From the NCBI RefSeq assembly GCF_009914755.1, contig NC_060925.1: a DNA stretch of 64,000 bases; one strand, 5' to 3'. Positions 39,791 through 50,734 of the stretch are shown here, piece after piece (position 1 is the stretch's first letter; each line of letters opens with the position of its first letter). The translations under genes and the position numbers were made by a program. The notes beneath the pieces were generated by a model. The model was not told where the DNA came from. It saw nothing but the letters and a program-made list of their open reading frames with translations, and did not search any database. This stretch comes from the human T2T-CHM13v2.0 reference genome, Homo sapiens.

Positions 39791-40641
39791 GTGTGTGTGT
39801 GTGTGTGTGTGTGTGAGTCTGTGAGGTGAAGGTGAGTGTGCTTGTGTAACTTTAGTGTGTGTGTGCCTGTGGGGTGAAGGGGTGTGTGTGTGTGTGTAAC
39901 TCTGTAGTAGGTGGGTGTGTGTGAGCCTGTGAGATGAAGGTGAGTGTGCATGTGTAACTGTGTTGTGTGTGTAGTGTGTGAGTCTGTGAGGTGAAGGTGA
40001 GTGTGCGTGTGTAACTGTTGTGTGTGTGTAGTGTGTGTGAATCTGAGGTGAAGGTGAGTGTGCATGTGTAACTGTTGTGTGTGTGTAGTGTGTGTCTATG
40101 AGATGGTGAGTGTGCGTGTGTAACTGTGTTGTGTGTGTCTATGAGGTGAAGGTGAGTGTGCGTGTGTAACTGTGTGTTGTGTATGAGTCTGAGATGAAGG
40201 TGAGTGTGCGTGTGTAACTGTTGTGCGTGTTGTGTGTCTGTGAGGTGAAGGTGAGTGCGCATGTGCGTGTGTAACTGTGTTGTGTGTGTGAGTCTATGAG
40301 AAGGTGAGGTGCATGTGTCACTCTGTGTAGTGTGTGAGTCTATGAGATGAAGGTGAGTGTGCACAACTGTGTGTTGTGTGTGTGTAGTGTGTGTGTCTAT
40401 GAGATGAAGGTGAGTGTGCGTGTGTAACTGTGTGTTGTGTGTGTTGTGTGTGTGAGAGTCTGAGATGAAGGTGAGTGTGCATAACTGTGTTGTGTGTGTA
40501 GTGTGTGTGAGTCTGAGGTGAAGGTGAGTGTGCGTGTGTAACTGTGTTGTGTGTGTAATGTGCGTGTGGGTCTGTGAGGTGAAAGTGTGTTTGCGTGTGT
40601 AACTGCATGGTGTGTGTGCGTGAGATTCTGTGTTGTGTGTG
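39791..40641. repeat. GT-rich minisatellite/VNTR, ~15 units of ~45-62 bp
   Basis: Unit core GTCTRTGAGRTGAAGGTGAGTGTGCRTGTGTAACTG separated by variable (GT)n linkers. Confidence 0.93.
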
Positions 40642-41544
40642 CACAGCCAGCAGCAGGTAGAGGCAGGGAGGCCTGGTGGAGCACACCTGCTTCCCGGTGA
40701 CTCCAAGTCTTCCCAAGGGTTTTCTTCCTTTGAAGTGGGCGGCAGGAAGGAGGGGCACTGAGAGCTGGCAGTGAGGGGCCAGCTCAGAACCCAGAAGCCC
40801 TTTTCAGGGGATCGAGCATCTGGGCCGCAGAGGCCCTCGGAGATCCTGCTGCCCAGCTACAGCTCACCTGCAGCGCCTGCAATGCCGTCGGGGCTGAACA
40901 GGCCAGTGCTGTAGCTGCCTCCCCGCCAAGGCCTCTGCCTGCTGCACCTGCTGCCCTGACCTGTGTGCTCCCTATTGTAGCTGAGCCCAGGACTGGGGCA
41001 AAGAGGCTAGGAAAACCTTGCCAGGTGAGCAGTTTTTGGAGCTAGCAGCAGCCCTGGCTGTCAGCTGGGGCAGGGACTCAAATCCCAATTTGGGTCTTTC
41101 AGTGGAAACAGACAGTGCTCAAAATAAAATGAAACAAAACCTGGACTGGAACTCAGGAGTCGTGGGCCTGTCGCAGACCTGCTGGTGATCTTGAGTAAGC
41201 CCCTTGCCCACTCTGGGTGCCGAATGGATGAGCCTGGATGCCCTCTCAAGATCAAAGGGAACGATGAGGCCTGTCTGATCTCCCAGCTTCAGAGGCAAAG
41301 TCCTGTGACCCATTGAAAGTAATTTTATCTCCCAGCTCCTGAGCGCAGGTGCTGAGTGGGAGTCAGTGAAGGGCTGGCGCACGGGGAGGGCATCAGGAAG
41401 TGCTAGAGGAACTGGAGTGGGGACTGATCCCCTGGGGCTACTGAGTCTATGCCCCAGGTAACTGGCTGGGCACAGACTTCATCCCCAGGCTCTGGGAGAG
41501 AGAGGGGGAAGGGGAGGCAGGGCTGCCACTAGCCCTTAGGACTT

Positions 41545-42330
41545 GTTCGTGCGAATTAGAACAATTAGAAAAAGGCGCTCAGTGAGTGGAGCATCCCGGC
41601 AAAACCGGACTGGTGAAGGTTCTGCGCGCGTCTGCCAGGTGCCAGGGAAGGTCTCCCAGCGGTCTTGCGCGGAAGGCGTTATCAGCCCCGCTTATTAGAT
41701 GAGGCGGCGCCTGCAGTAGAGGGGGCCGTCTCCGCAGGGTCTGCAGCGCCGGGGCCCGCACCTCCTGCTCCGCGGCCCGCCGCCGCCAGCCCGGGGCTGA
41801 CCTCTCAGAGCAGGGCGGAGGATTTTCACAGCACAGCTTCCCGAGAGAGCGGGATTAAGGGGGAACTGCTCGGGTGGGCCAGAGCCAGGGGCTAGGGGGA
41901 GGCCGGGCGGAAACCCAAAACCTCCGCAGCTGTTTCCAGTTTGCCGCCCTGGCTGGACCGCGGTGGCTGCGTGCAGAGCGAGCAAGGCTGCGCGGGCCTG
42001 GAGCGCCCACGGGGCGCGGGACCTCTCTCTGTCTCCCCCCGCCCCGCGGGGCTCTCTCTCGTCCTCTCTGTCTTGGTGGGGCTCAGTCTGTCTCTCGTTT
42101 TCTCTCCCTGTTTCTAAGATCTCGTGGAATCAAAGACATTTTGGAGGTCTCTGGTCCATCTGAAAGGGGGATACTGGGTTCACCCGATCCCACGCTTTGC
42201 CTTCTAGAGCTTGCTGCCCTGGACACCCCCCACCCCATTCCCCCACCCCGACCCCGCCCCTCGGCCCCCAGCTCCAGGCCCGCCAACCCCGCCAACCCCG
42301 TTGCACTCCCATGCAGAGAGGCGGCCCTCC
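41545..42330. promoter_or_regulatory. CpG island (orphan island or non-coding promoter)
   Basis: Very GC-rich with dense CpG at 41575-42050, GC boxes (GGGCGG) and no repeat origin. Confidence 0.8.
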
Positions 42331-42604
42331 AAGCCCAGGGTTCAGAGCTCAGGTCAGGAGTCCTGGCAAGGGCTTTGGGGACAGGCTTTGCCTCCCAGCC
42401 AAACTCTGCCCTTCAGGCCCACACCCTCCTCTCCTGGGCATCTTTTCCACCTGCCTGCACCCCTAAGCCCCAGGCTTACCCCATGGGAGTCCCCATGAAG
42501 GTCCAGGGTCCCAGCACTGACTTTATACTCTAGGCAGAGGCAGGAAACCTCCAAGCCCCGCTCCCACCCAGGAGTCAAACCCTGGAGACAGCTCAGACAG
42601 AGAT

Positions 42605-42770
42605 TGAGCAGTAGTGGAGGAGCCAGGGCCTGCGCTCTGGAGTCATACAGATCTTGGTGCAAATTCTGCTTTGCTGCTTACTAGCTGTGCTCCCTTGAGC
42701 AGACACCTTGAGCCTCAGTTCTAAGATGAGGGTGTACTCAGGAAGCAGTAGGTGCAGTGCTTGGCACAGA
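42605..42770 (+). mobile_element. MIR SINE
   Basis: gctctggagtcatacagatcttgg...cttactagctgtg...gagcctcagtt. Confidence 0.8.
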
Positions 42771-43528
42771 ATAGGCTTCAGGGCACAGGGGTTCTGCTCA
42801 ATCCCTCTACAGCCCAATACTCCATATGATCCCATCACTCTCCTGTTCTAATGCCTTCCATGGCTCCCTAGTACCTATAGAATAACCCAAATCCCTCTAT
42901 TGACAGTACAGGCCTTCTACGATGGCTTCCAAATCCACCGTTCATGCTCTTACCTCAAAAGCACTAGAGAGAGGCTGGAACAACACACTCCACGTTCTCC
43001 TACTGCCATGCTTTTCCTCAGTCTGTAGCTGTCACCAGGAACACATTTCCCACAACCTCCTGCTTGCCCACATATTTATGCAACTTAAGGTCTGCAAGGC
43101 CTTGCCTGGTGCCTTTCCTAGTCAATCTGCCAGAAAGGAGTGGTTTATTCCTTGCTTCACTTGACCATGCAGCTTCACAGACAATCAGCCAGGCCCTCAG
43201 CTGGGCAATGGGGTCAGAGAAGAGTAAGACCAGCCATATACTTGGGTAGCTCGAGTCTGGGGGGTTAGACCAGGTTCATCCTTGGCATCTGGCAGGTGCG
43301 GTGGTCTTCCAGGGAGGGGAGCATGTGGGCAGGTACTGCCGAGGGCAGCTGGCAGGAGCCGAAGTGGGTACTCTCCAAGAGCTGGCTCTGGCCCTCTCTT
43401 CTCTCCACAGCATGTGTCCCCACCAGACCTCATCACTTACCAACTCATCCACAGTAGAACTCCTGGGTTGAGCCTTAGAGTTTAAACTTCAAGTCATAAG
43501 CTGGGGCTGAGGCCACTGGTTTGCCACC

Positions 43529-43940
43529 TGATATAGTTTGGGTATTTGTCCCCTCCAAATCTCATGTTGAAATTTGATCCCCAGTGTTGGTGGTGGGGCC
43601 TAATGGGAGGTGTTTGGGTCATGGAGGTGAGTCCCTCATGAATGGCTTGTTGCTGTCCCTGAAGTAATGAGTGCATTACTGTTAGTTCACTGGAGAGCTG
43701 GTTGTTTAAAAGAGCCTGGCACCCCCGCCCCACTTTCTTGCTCTATCTCTTTCTATGTGACACACCTGCTCCCCCTTCACCTTCTGCCATGATTGGAAGC
43801 TTCCTCAGCCCTCACCAGAAGCAGGTGCCGGTGCCATACTTCTTGAATAGCCTGCAGAACTGTAAGCCAAGCAAACCTCTTTACTTTATAAATTATCAAG
43901 CTTCAAGTATTCCTTTATAGGAATGTAAAATGGACTAAGA
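43529..43940 (+). mobile_element. MSTB-type solo LTR (MaLR)
   Basis: tgatatagtttgggtatttgtcccctccaaatctcatg...tggactaaga. 5-bp TSD CCACC. Confidence 0.9.
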
Positions 43941-44186
43941 CCACCTTAGACAGGAAGCCCCTCCACAAGCAGGGGTTTCCAGCTTCCAGTAGCTCTCCTT
44001 TAGGCCAAGGAACTCAACACCCCCAGAAGGGCGAGGGAAGAGTCAGCTACACCCATGTTTGAATTTTGCTTTCATTGCTTCCTTGCTTTAAAACCTTGGG
44101 CAAGTTCCTTAACCTGCTATAGCCTCAGCTGCTGCGTCTGGAAAATGACCATAAATAGAGATAATATAATAGGAGGTAATATAGAA

Positions 44187-44360
44187 CAGTGCTTCTTAAA
44201 CTTTAGTGTGCATCACCTGGAGGGCTTGTGAAAACAGATTGCTGTACTCCACCTAGGAAATTTTGATTCAGTAGGTCTGGGATGGGGGTTCAAGAATTTG
44301 CATTTCTGTCCTGCTCCCACATGACAGCTGAGGGCTGCCAGACTACAGACCAAGTGGCAC
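44187..44360. mobile_element. MER5A MITE
   Basis: cagtgcttcttaaacttt...cacctggagggcttgtgaaaacagattgct...gattcagtaggtctggg...gaatttgcatttct. Confidence 0.85.
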
Positions 44361-44388
44361 CGATGTAGAAAAAATGGACCAATACTGT

Positions 44389-44794
44389 TGTATTAGTCCA
44401 TTCTCACACTGCTATGAAGAACTAACTAAGACAAGGTAACTTATAAAGAAAACAGGTTTAATTGACTCACAGTGCCACAGGCTGTACAGGAGGCATGGCT
44501 GGGGAGGCCTAAGGAAACTTACCATCATGGTGGAAGGGTGAAGGGGAAGCAAGCATGTCTTCAGATGGTGGCAGGAGAGAGACAGAGAGAGAGAGACAAG
44601 CACAAGTGCAAAGGGAGAAGTGCTACATACTTTCAAACAACCAGAACTCATAAGAACTCAATCACTATCACGAGAACAGCAAGGGGGAAATCTGCCCCTA
44701 TGATCCAATCACTTCCCACCAGGTCCCTTCCCTAACATTGTGGATTACAATTCAACATGAGATTTGGGTGGGGACACAGAGCCAAATTATGTCA
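44389..44794 (-). mobile_element. MSTA solo LTR (MaLR)
   Basis: tgtattagtccattctcacactgct...gagatttgggtggggacacagagccaaattatgtca. TSD ACTGT on both sides. Confidence 0.92.
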
Positions 44795-45344
44795 ACTGTC
44801 AGTTGCTGTTACAGTGTTGCATGACATGTGTCTGGTGCTCTCACCTCTTTGGGACAGAGCCCTAATTTATCTCTTTCCCACTGACTTGGCCCACCTCACC
44901 TGGCTGGGCCTGGGCAGCAAACACTCTCCCGGCTGCTGGTCCAGCAGCCTGTGTTGTCAAAGTCAAGTCCTTATAAACCTGACAGCCGCCCACAAGGCCA
45001 CAAGATGAATAGTCATTTTAGCTCGGTTCCAGAAGAGACACAGAGAAGCCAGGCCTGGGGTATGGGATGGTCAGGGAAGAGGAATCATCTCAGGCCTATG
45101 ACAACCCTTTCAGATCACTCACTGAGGGTTCTCCTGGGCTCTGTGGCCACCCCTGGGCCAGGCCACAGTCCAGACCCCTGCTATTAAAGCATGTCAAGAA
45201 GCCACTTTAATTCTCAAACTAAAAAGTCACAATGGCGGACATCACCGAGAGCTGGCTGCTTGGCACTCTGGGTAGTGCTCAATGTGCTTTTTCTTTAGTT
45301 CTGAAAACAGGCTTCTGAGCTTGTACTATACTTGTCCCTTAAAA

Positions 45345-45660
45345 CTTAGAAGTCATTATCCTCAGCAAACTAACACAGGGACAGAAAACCAAACACCACA
45401 TGTTCTCATTTATAAGTGGGAGCTGAACAATGAGAACACATGGACACAGGGAGAGGAACAACATACACTGGGGCCTGTGGGGGTAGGGGTCGGGGGAGGG
45501 AAAGCATTAGGAAAAATAGCTAATGCATGCTCGGCTTAAACCTAGGTGACGGGTTGATGGGTGCAGCAAACCGCCATGGCACACGTTTACCTATGTAACA
45601 AACCTGCACATCCTGCACACGTACCCTGGAACTTAAAATAAAAATAAAAATTAATTTTAA
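45345..45660 (+). mobile_element. 5'-truncated L1PA (about PA13-15) 3' UTR
   Basis: cattatcctcagcaaactaac...gggagctgaacaatgagaacacatgg...gtaacaaacctgcacatcctgcac followed by an A-tail. Confidence 0.88.
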
Positions 45661-45674
45661 AAAAGTTCAGTGAA

Positions 45675-45970
45675 GGCCGGGCGTGGTGCCTCACGCCTGT
45701 AATCCCAGCACTATGGGAGGCCAAGATGGGTGGATCGTGAGGTCAGGAGATAGAGACCATCCTGGCTAACACGGTGAAACCCTGTCTGTACTAAAAATAC
45801 AAAAAAAAATTAGCCGGGCGTGGTGGCAGGCGCCTGTAGTTCCAGCTACTCGGGAGGCTGAGGCAGGAGAATGGCGTGACCTGGGAGGCGAAGCTTGCAG
45901 TGAGCCAAGATCACACCACTGCACTCCAGCCTGGACGACTGAGCGAGACTCCGTCTCAAAAAAAAAAAAA
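45675..45970 (+). mobile_element. AluY-type, inserted at the L1 tail
   Basis: accatcctggctaacacgg and gaatggcgtga. TSD AAAAGTTCAGTGA at 45661-45673 and 45971-45983. Confidence 0.94.
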
Positions 45971-47759
45971 AAAAGTTCAGTGACTTGATCTAGTTCATAT
46001 AATGAGAAGACAGTACTTGTTTAAAGTCATAGAGTGAGTTTTTTTGTGGGGTGAGAGGCTAGGACCAGGAATTCTCCCCCAGGGTGCTTCCTCTTTTCCT
46101 TACATACCTATGACCATGGTGATGGTGGCACGCTGTCTTTGGTGGAAGATTTGAGGTAGCTGTACCAGGTGTGCCACCAAGACATGAGGGGCTGGCTGTC
46201 GTTGTAGTACTGTGTGTGTGAGTGTGTGTGCTTATTTTTTGAGTCCTTACTACACGCCTGACAATACATGCATCTTATTTGAGCCTCAACCCACCCCTAA
46301 TGTAGCAACCATCCTGATCCCCCTTTTAGAGATGATGTCACTCAGAGCCATCTTTGGTGCTTATCTCCCCAAACACGGAGCCTCTGCACACCTCGGGATT
46401 CCACATCCCCCCTCTGAGAGTACTGCCCTCACAGAGTGTCCTGGTGACCCTGGGCAGCTGTGCCCCTTTCTTGGTCTCCTCTTCCTTAGTCAAATAAGTG
46501 CTGGACCATGATCTTAAAAATCCCATCCATGATGCAGAATGATAAGTGCCCTAATCATGGTGATACCCTGAGACTGATCATAGCCTCAGGCATGGGGCAC
46601 TATTGGTCGCAGGGGCACATGGAGAGTAGGTGCAGCATTGCAGCTTTTCTTCAAGGAAAATCTTTTGTCCACAAAGCACCTTTATTCTGTGAAGCTATGA
46701 AATTCTTGTGTATGATTATTTAGAATTTGGAAAAGGAAATAGACTCCATTTTTGTTCAGAAAAGTACAACACCAAAATGTCTATAATGAAAGACTTTTAA
46801 AGCCACCACTAAATGTGTAAGGCTCCTGACCTCAAAGGCAAGGCAGGAAGCATTTGTCCTCAGGGCTCAGAAACGGTGGGTGAGGATTGCCTTTATACTC
46901 ACCTCCAAGGCTCTAGGGAAGTTTGAAGATTTGACTTCAGCTTTGTGCAGCCAGGGCCTTTGGCATTGCTTTAGGTTTTATTACCCAAACAGAATGTGTG
47001 TGAGTGTGTGTTGACCGGTCTGTGGGCCAGAGTGTGAGCCCGTGCCAGGATGAGCATGCGTGTGTGGTATGTGTGTGCTTGTAGGTGACACAGGCTGCAT
47101 GTGATATGCATGGGAGGGTTGAATGTGTCTGACTTTGTTCCTGGGTGTGTGGGGTGGCCGGCATGGGGTAAGCGACTCCGGAAGGCCTTGGAGCTCCATG
47201 TATGTTGCCTGGCTCTTCGGGAGTTTGTTGTGGGTTTGTGGAAGGCTATTATGTGAGTGGTGACTGGATAGCAAAGCTGACTGGGACCTGATTAGGACAC
47301 TAAACAAATACAAGAAACGTATGATCTTCTAAATCTCCCCAGAGCTGAGGTTTGGGTTGATAAAAAGGCAACAGTTTGAAAACAGACCATCAAACGAGAC
47401 CGTTTCTGATCTACTTTTTTTGCTTTAAAAAAGAAACCAGCCCCAAATGACAGTGCAATTAATGCAAAAGTTCTGGCTTTCACAGAAAAGACATCTCTCC
47501 CCAGGGAGTCCAGGGCACAAAGCCAGTCATGAAGCCAGAAGGAGGAGTACAGGGGCCATAGGATTATGTGGCATTCTTGAATTTCCCCCACATTGCCCTC
47601 AATGGGTCACTGCCCATCCTGTTGCCACTGCAGGGTAGAAAACACCAGTGACAGTGATAATAACACATGCAGTGAATGGATCAACCCTTGAGCTTTCCAC
47701 CTTCCCAGTTCCCATCAATCCTTGATTGCATCTGAGATATAGATGATTGCATCTGAGGG

Positions 47760-49635
47760 AGAGAGCTAACAGACCAGGAGGAACAATAATTTAAAATAAG
47801 CATAGTGAGAGTCCTCAAAGAGACAAAGTGGGATATGGGGACCATGAAGCACATCCAAGTAATTACAGAGGAGAAACAAGGGGAGCTCGTGTATGAGAGA
47901 GTTTATCACCAAAAACCTTCACTAAAGGAACTTCTAAAGGCATATTTGGGAAGAAGGATACTGAACCCAGAAAGAGGGAATGTGATGCAAGAAGGAACGC
48001 TGGGTAAGAAAAGTAAATATGAGGATACATGTAAACAAACACTGACTGTCAAACAATAATATAATATTAAGGATTATGACTAATTGGGGGTCAAAAATCA
48101 AGGTAGAACTAAAATACTGGAGAATAATATTGTATAAGATGGGAAGAAGAGTAATTTAAGTTGAAGCATTCTAAAGTCTTTGTATTGTTGGGGAGGAGGA
48201 AAAATATTACTTCATTTTAGATTGTGTTAAGAATGCATGTTAAAAATTTAAAGGTAACTAGTAAAAAAGTAGAAATAAAATGTATAACTTATAAACCAGT
48301 AAAGGAAAAAATGAATTAAAGAAAAGCCTTGATTAATTCAAAAGAGGATGGAAAATGAAAGTAAATAAAGAAGCAAAGAGAAGCAGGGTAAGCAAAAAGC
48401 AGAAAATAAGATGGTAGATATAAACCTAAATATATGAGGAACTGCAGTAAATGTAAATGGATTAAAATCTCTAGTTAAAAGATAAGGATGGTAATATTGG
48501 GCAAAAATAAACAAATATGTCTATCTACCCCATTTTGGCTGTATGCTATTTACCCCAAACACACTTAAAACATAAGGACCCAGAAAGGTTAAAAATAAAG
48601 TATTGGAAAAGGATGTCGTGAAGATAAATAAGACTAACGAATGATCCCTTAATCGCCAAATCCAGCAGTTTACTAAAACATTGTGACTAGTTGTGTTTAT
48701 TTCATTAATGCAAAGATTATGTAACATTTTGAAATCTATTAACTCAATCCCAAATATTAGCAAGTTAAGAGGAAAAAAAACCAATGGTCCCAATGAATTA
48801 AGAAAAAGGATTTGATGAAATTCCATATCCATTTATGATAAAGATCTCAGCAAACTAGTAATATAAGGGATATTTCTAAACCTGAAAAGAGGTTTCTACC
48901 AAGAACTTACAGCTAACACAGTATGTGGTGGGAAAATATTTGAAGCACTTTCTTTAAAATTAGGAATTATGCAAGGATATCTGCAATCACTGTTTCAATT
49001 AAACGTTGACCTGGAATTCCTCACCAGAATAGTAAGGCAAGATAAAGAAATAAACTAGATTGTGATTGATTATGATAGGATATAATGATCTATGTAGAAA
49101 CCTAAGAGCATCTACAGACAAACTATTAAGATGAGTGAGAACTAAGTGAATTTGCTCACTACAAATAAGATCAATGTACAAAAATCAATTGTATTCCCAT
49201 ATACCACAACAAAGTATTAAAAATAAACATTTAAAAAGATAGCATTTATAATATGCACAGAAAACATAAGGTACTTAGGAATGAATCTAACAAAATATAT
49301 AAGAGACCTTTTGGGAAAAAATATAAAACTTTAAGATATCAAAGATCCAAATAAATTAAAAATATATAATATTAATGGATAGGAAGAGTCAATGTTATGA
49401 AAGTGCCAATTTTCTCTAAATTAATAATATATTTATTAGGATTAAAATAAAATACCAACAGTGCGTGTGTGTGTGTATGTGTGTATATAATTTTTAAAAC
49501 TTATTCTAAAATTTACATGAAAGAACTAAGGTTCAGTAACAGTTAAACAATTGAAGAAAAGAAACAAGGTGGTTAAATTTGCCCTAGCAAAAAGTAAGAC
49601 TTATTTTAAAATCTTGGTAATTAAGACAGTGTGTA
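47760..49635 (+). mobile_element. Ancient L1M (ORF1 end to ORF2), outer host that appears to resume near 60470
   Basis: cactaaaggaacttctaaagg; aatgtaaatggattaaa; tctatgtagaaacc; ggataggaagagtcaat; taattaagacagtgtg. Confidence 0.75.
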
Positions 49636-50734
49636 CATCTGGAATAGATATGGTTGTATAAATCAGCATATTTCTCCTTCTCTTAGAAATCATCCAAAAG
49701 CAACAAAAAGGATGAAAAAATAAACTCTATTTTTGGCAAAACTTGAGGACAGGTATTACCCAAGACTCCCAAGTATGTGTAAGAATTGTCCAAAGAAGCT
49801 GAGATTAGGAAGAAAATAAATAGGAGGAAATGAAGAGAAAGAAGCTCCCAGAAAGATCTCTTTGATGAGATAGCTAGGCAAAAATATTCTTCCTAAAGGT
49901 AAGGGGTATATATTCAGAGATGCAAAAGCTATATCTCCTATTTTCAAAAACAGGTGCGATAACTGGAGTGAAACGTGCTAAAGGGAAAAGACTTCTTGGA
50001 CTTGATTTGGTTGAGAAAAACTGAAGATGCAGGTCTACACAAAAAATCATAAGGGTGAACCTCTTTTCAGAAGCAATTTGTTTCTGTGGCAGCAGAGAAG
50101 AGGCCCTTCTAGTAAAAACCAGCAAGTAAGGGATTCCATCTTGCCCTAACCAAAGTACTCTCCTGTCTGGCAGTGGAAAATCTAGGAAAACTGAACTCAA
50201 CTTATTCAGTGCTAGCAAAGATTTTTAGTGCTATGAGGAGTTATAACAAGGATCTAACAGAGCATCAATACAAAGATATTATAAGAAATGCATCAATACA
50301 AAGATAATTTTTTGTACTAAGATAAAAGGAAAATATTCAGAAGTTTATTAATGGACAAGGACTCCTCCCCAGAGAAAGGTTGCCACAGAGCAGATAAAAA
50401 TTGGGACCAAACATTATCATGAATTTAAAAAATCTTTTTGGAGCTATTGCCTATATGAAGTAAGACAACAAAACAAAGATGAAAGAGCCCAGGGAAGAAA
50501 AGGTATGATTACAGAAAGAAAAAATACATTAGCTGGCAAAATCCAAGAAAGGATTATAAAAAAAAAATCCAGAAATGAAGATAGCTTAGAATGAGTACAA
50601 AGGAGAATGTACTTTGAGGAAAACAGTAAGTGAACTAGAGGATAAAAACGAGAAAAGCAAGCAAAATGAAACAGGAGAATATTTTTAAAAAGGATTGGGG
50701 GAAAGAAAATGATTAATATATAAAACAGGCAATG

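Noticed and set aside
39565-40758. Long His/Thr-rich minus-strand ORFs (up to 284 aa)
   Set aside because: CA-rich minisatellite sequence lacks stop codons by composition, and there is no independent coding evidence.
41705-41730. CTCF site (GCAGTAGAGGGGGCC)
   Set aside because: It mismatches core positions and cannot be supported without a PWM scan or ChIP data.
41874-42533. 219-aa Pro/Ala/Arg-rich ORF in the CpG island
   Set aside because: It has a GTG start and no recognisable domain, and long ORFs are expected from GC-rich stop depletion.
47722-47757. TGATTGCATCTGAG tandem duplication
   Set aside because: This is an ordinary short slippage duplication with no further structure.
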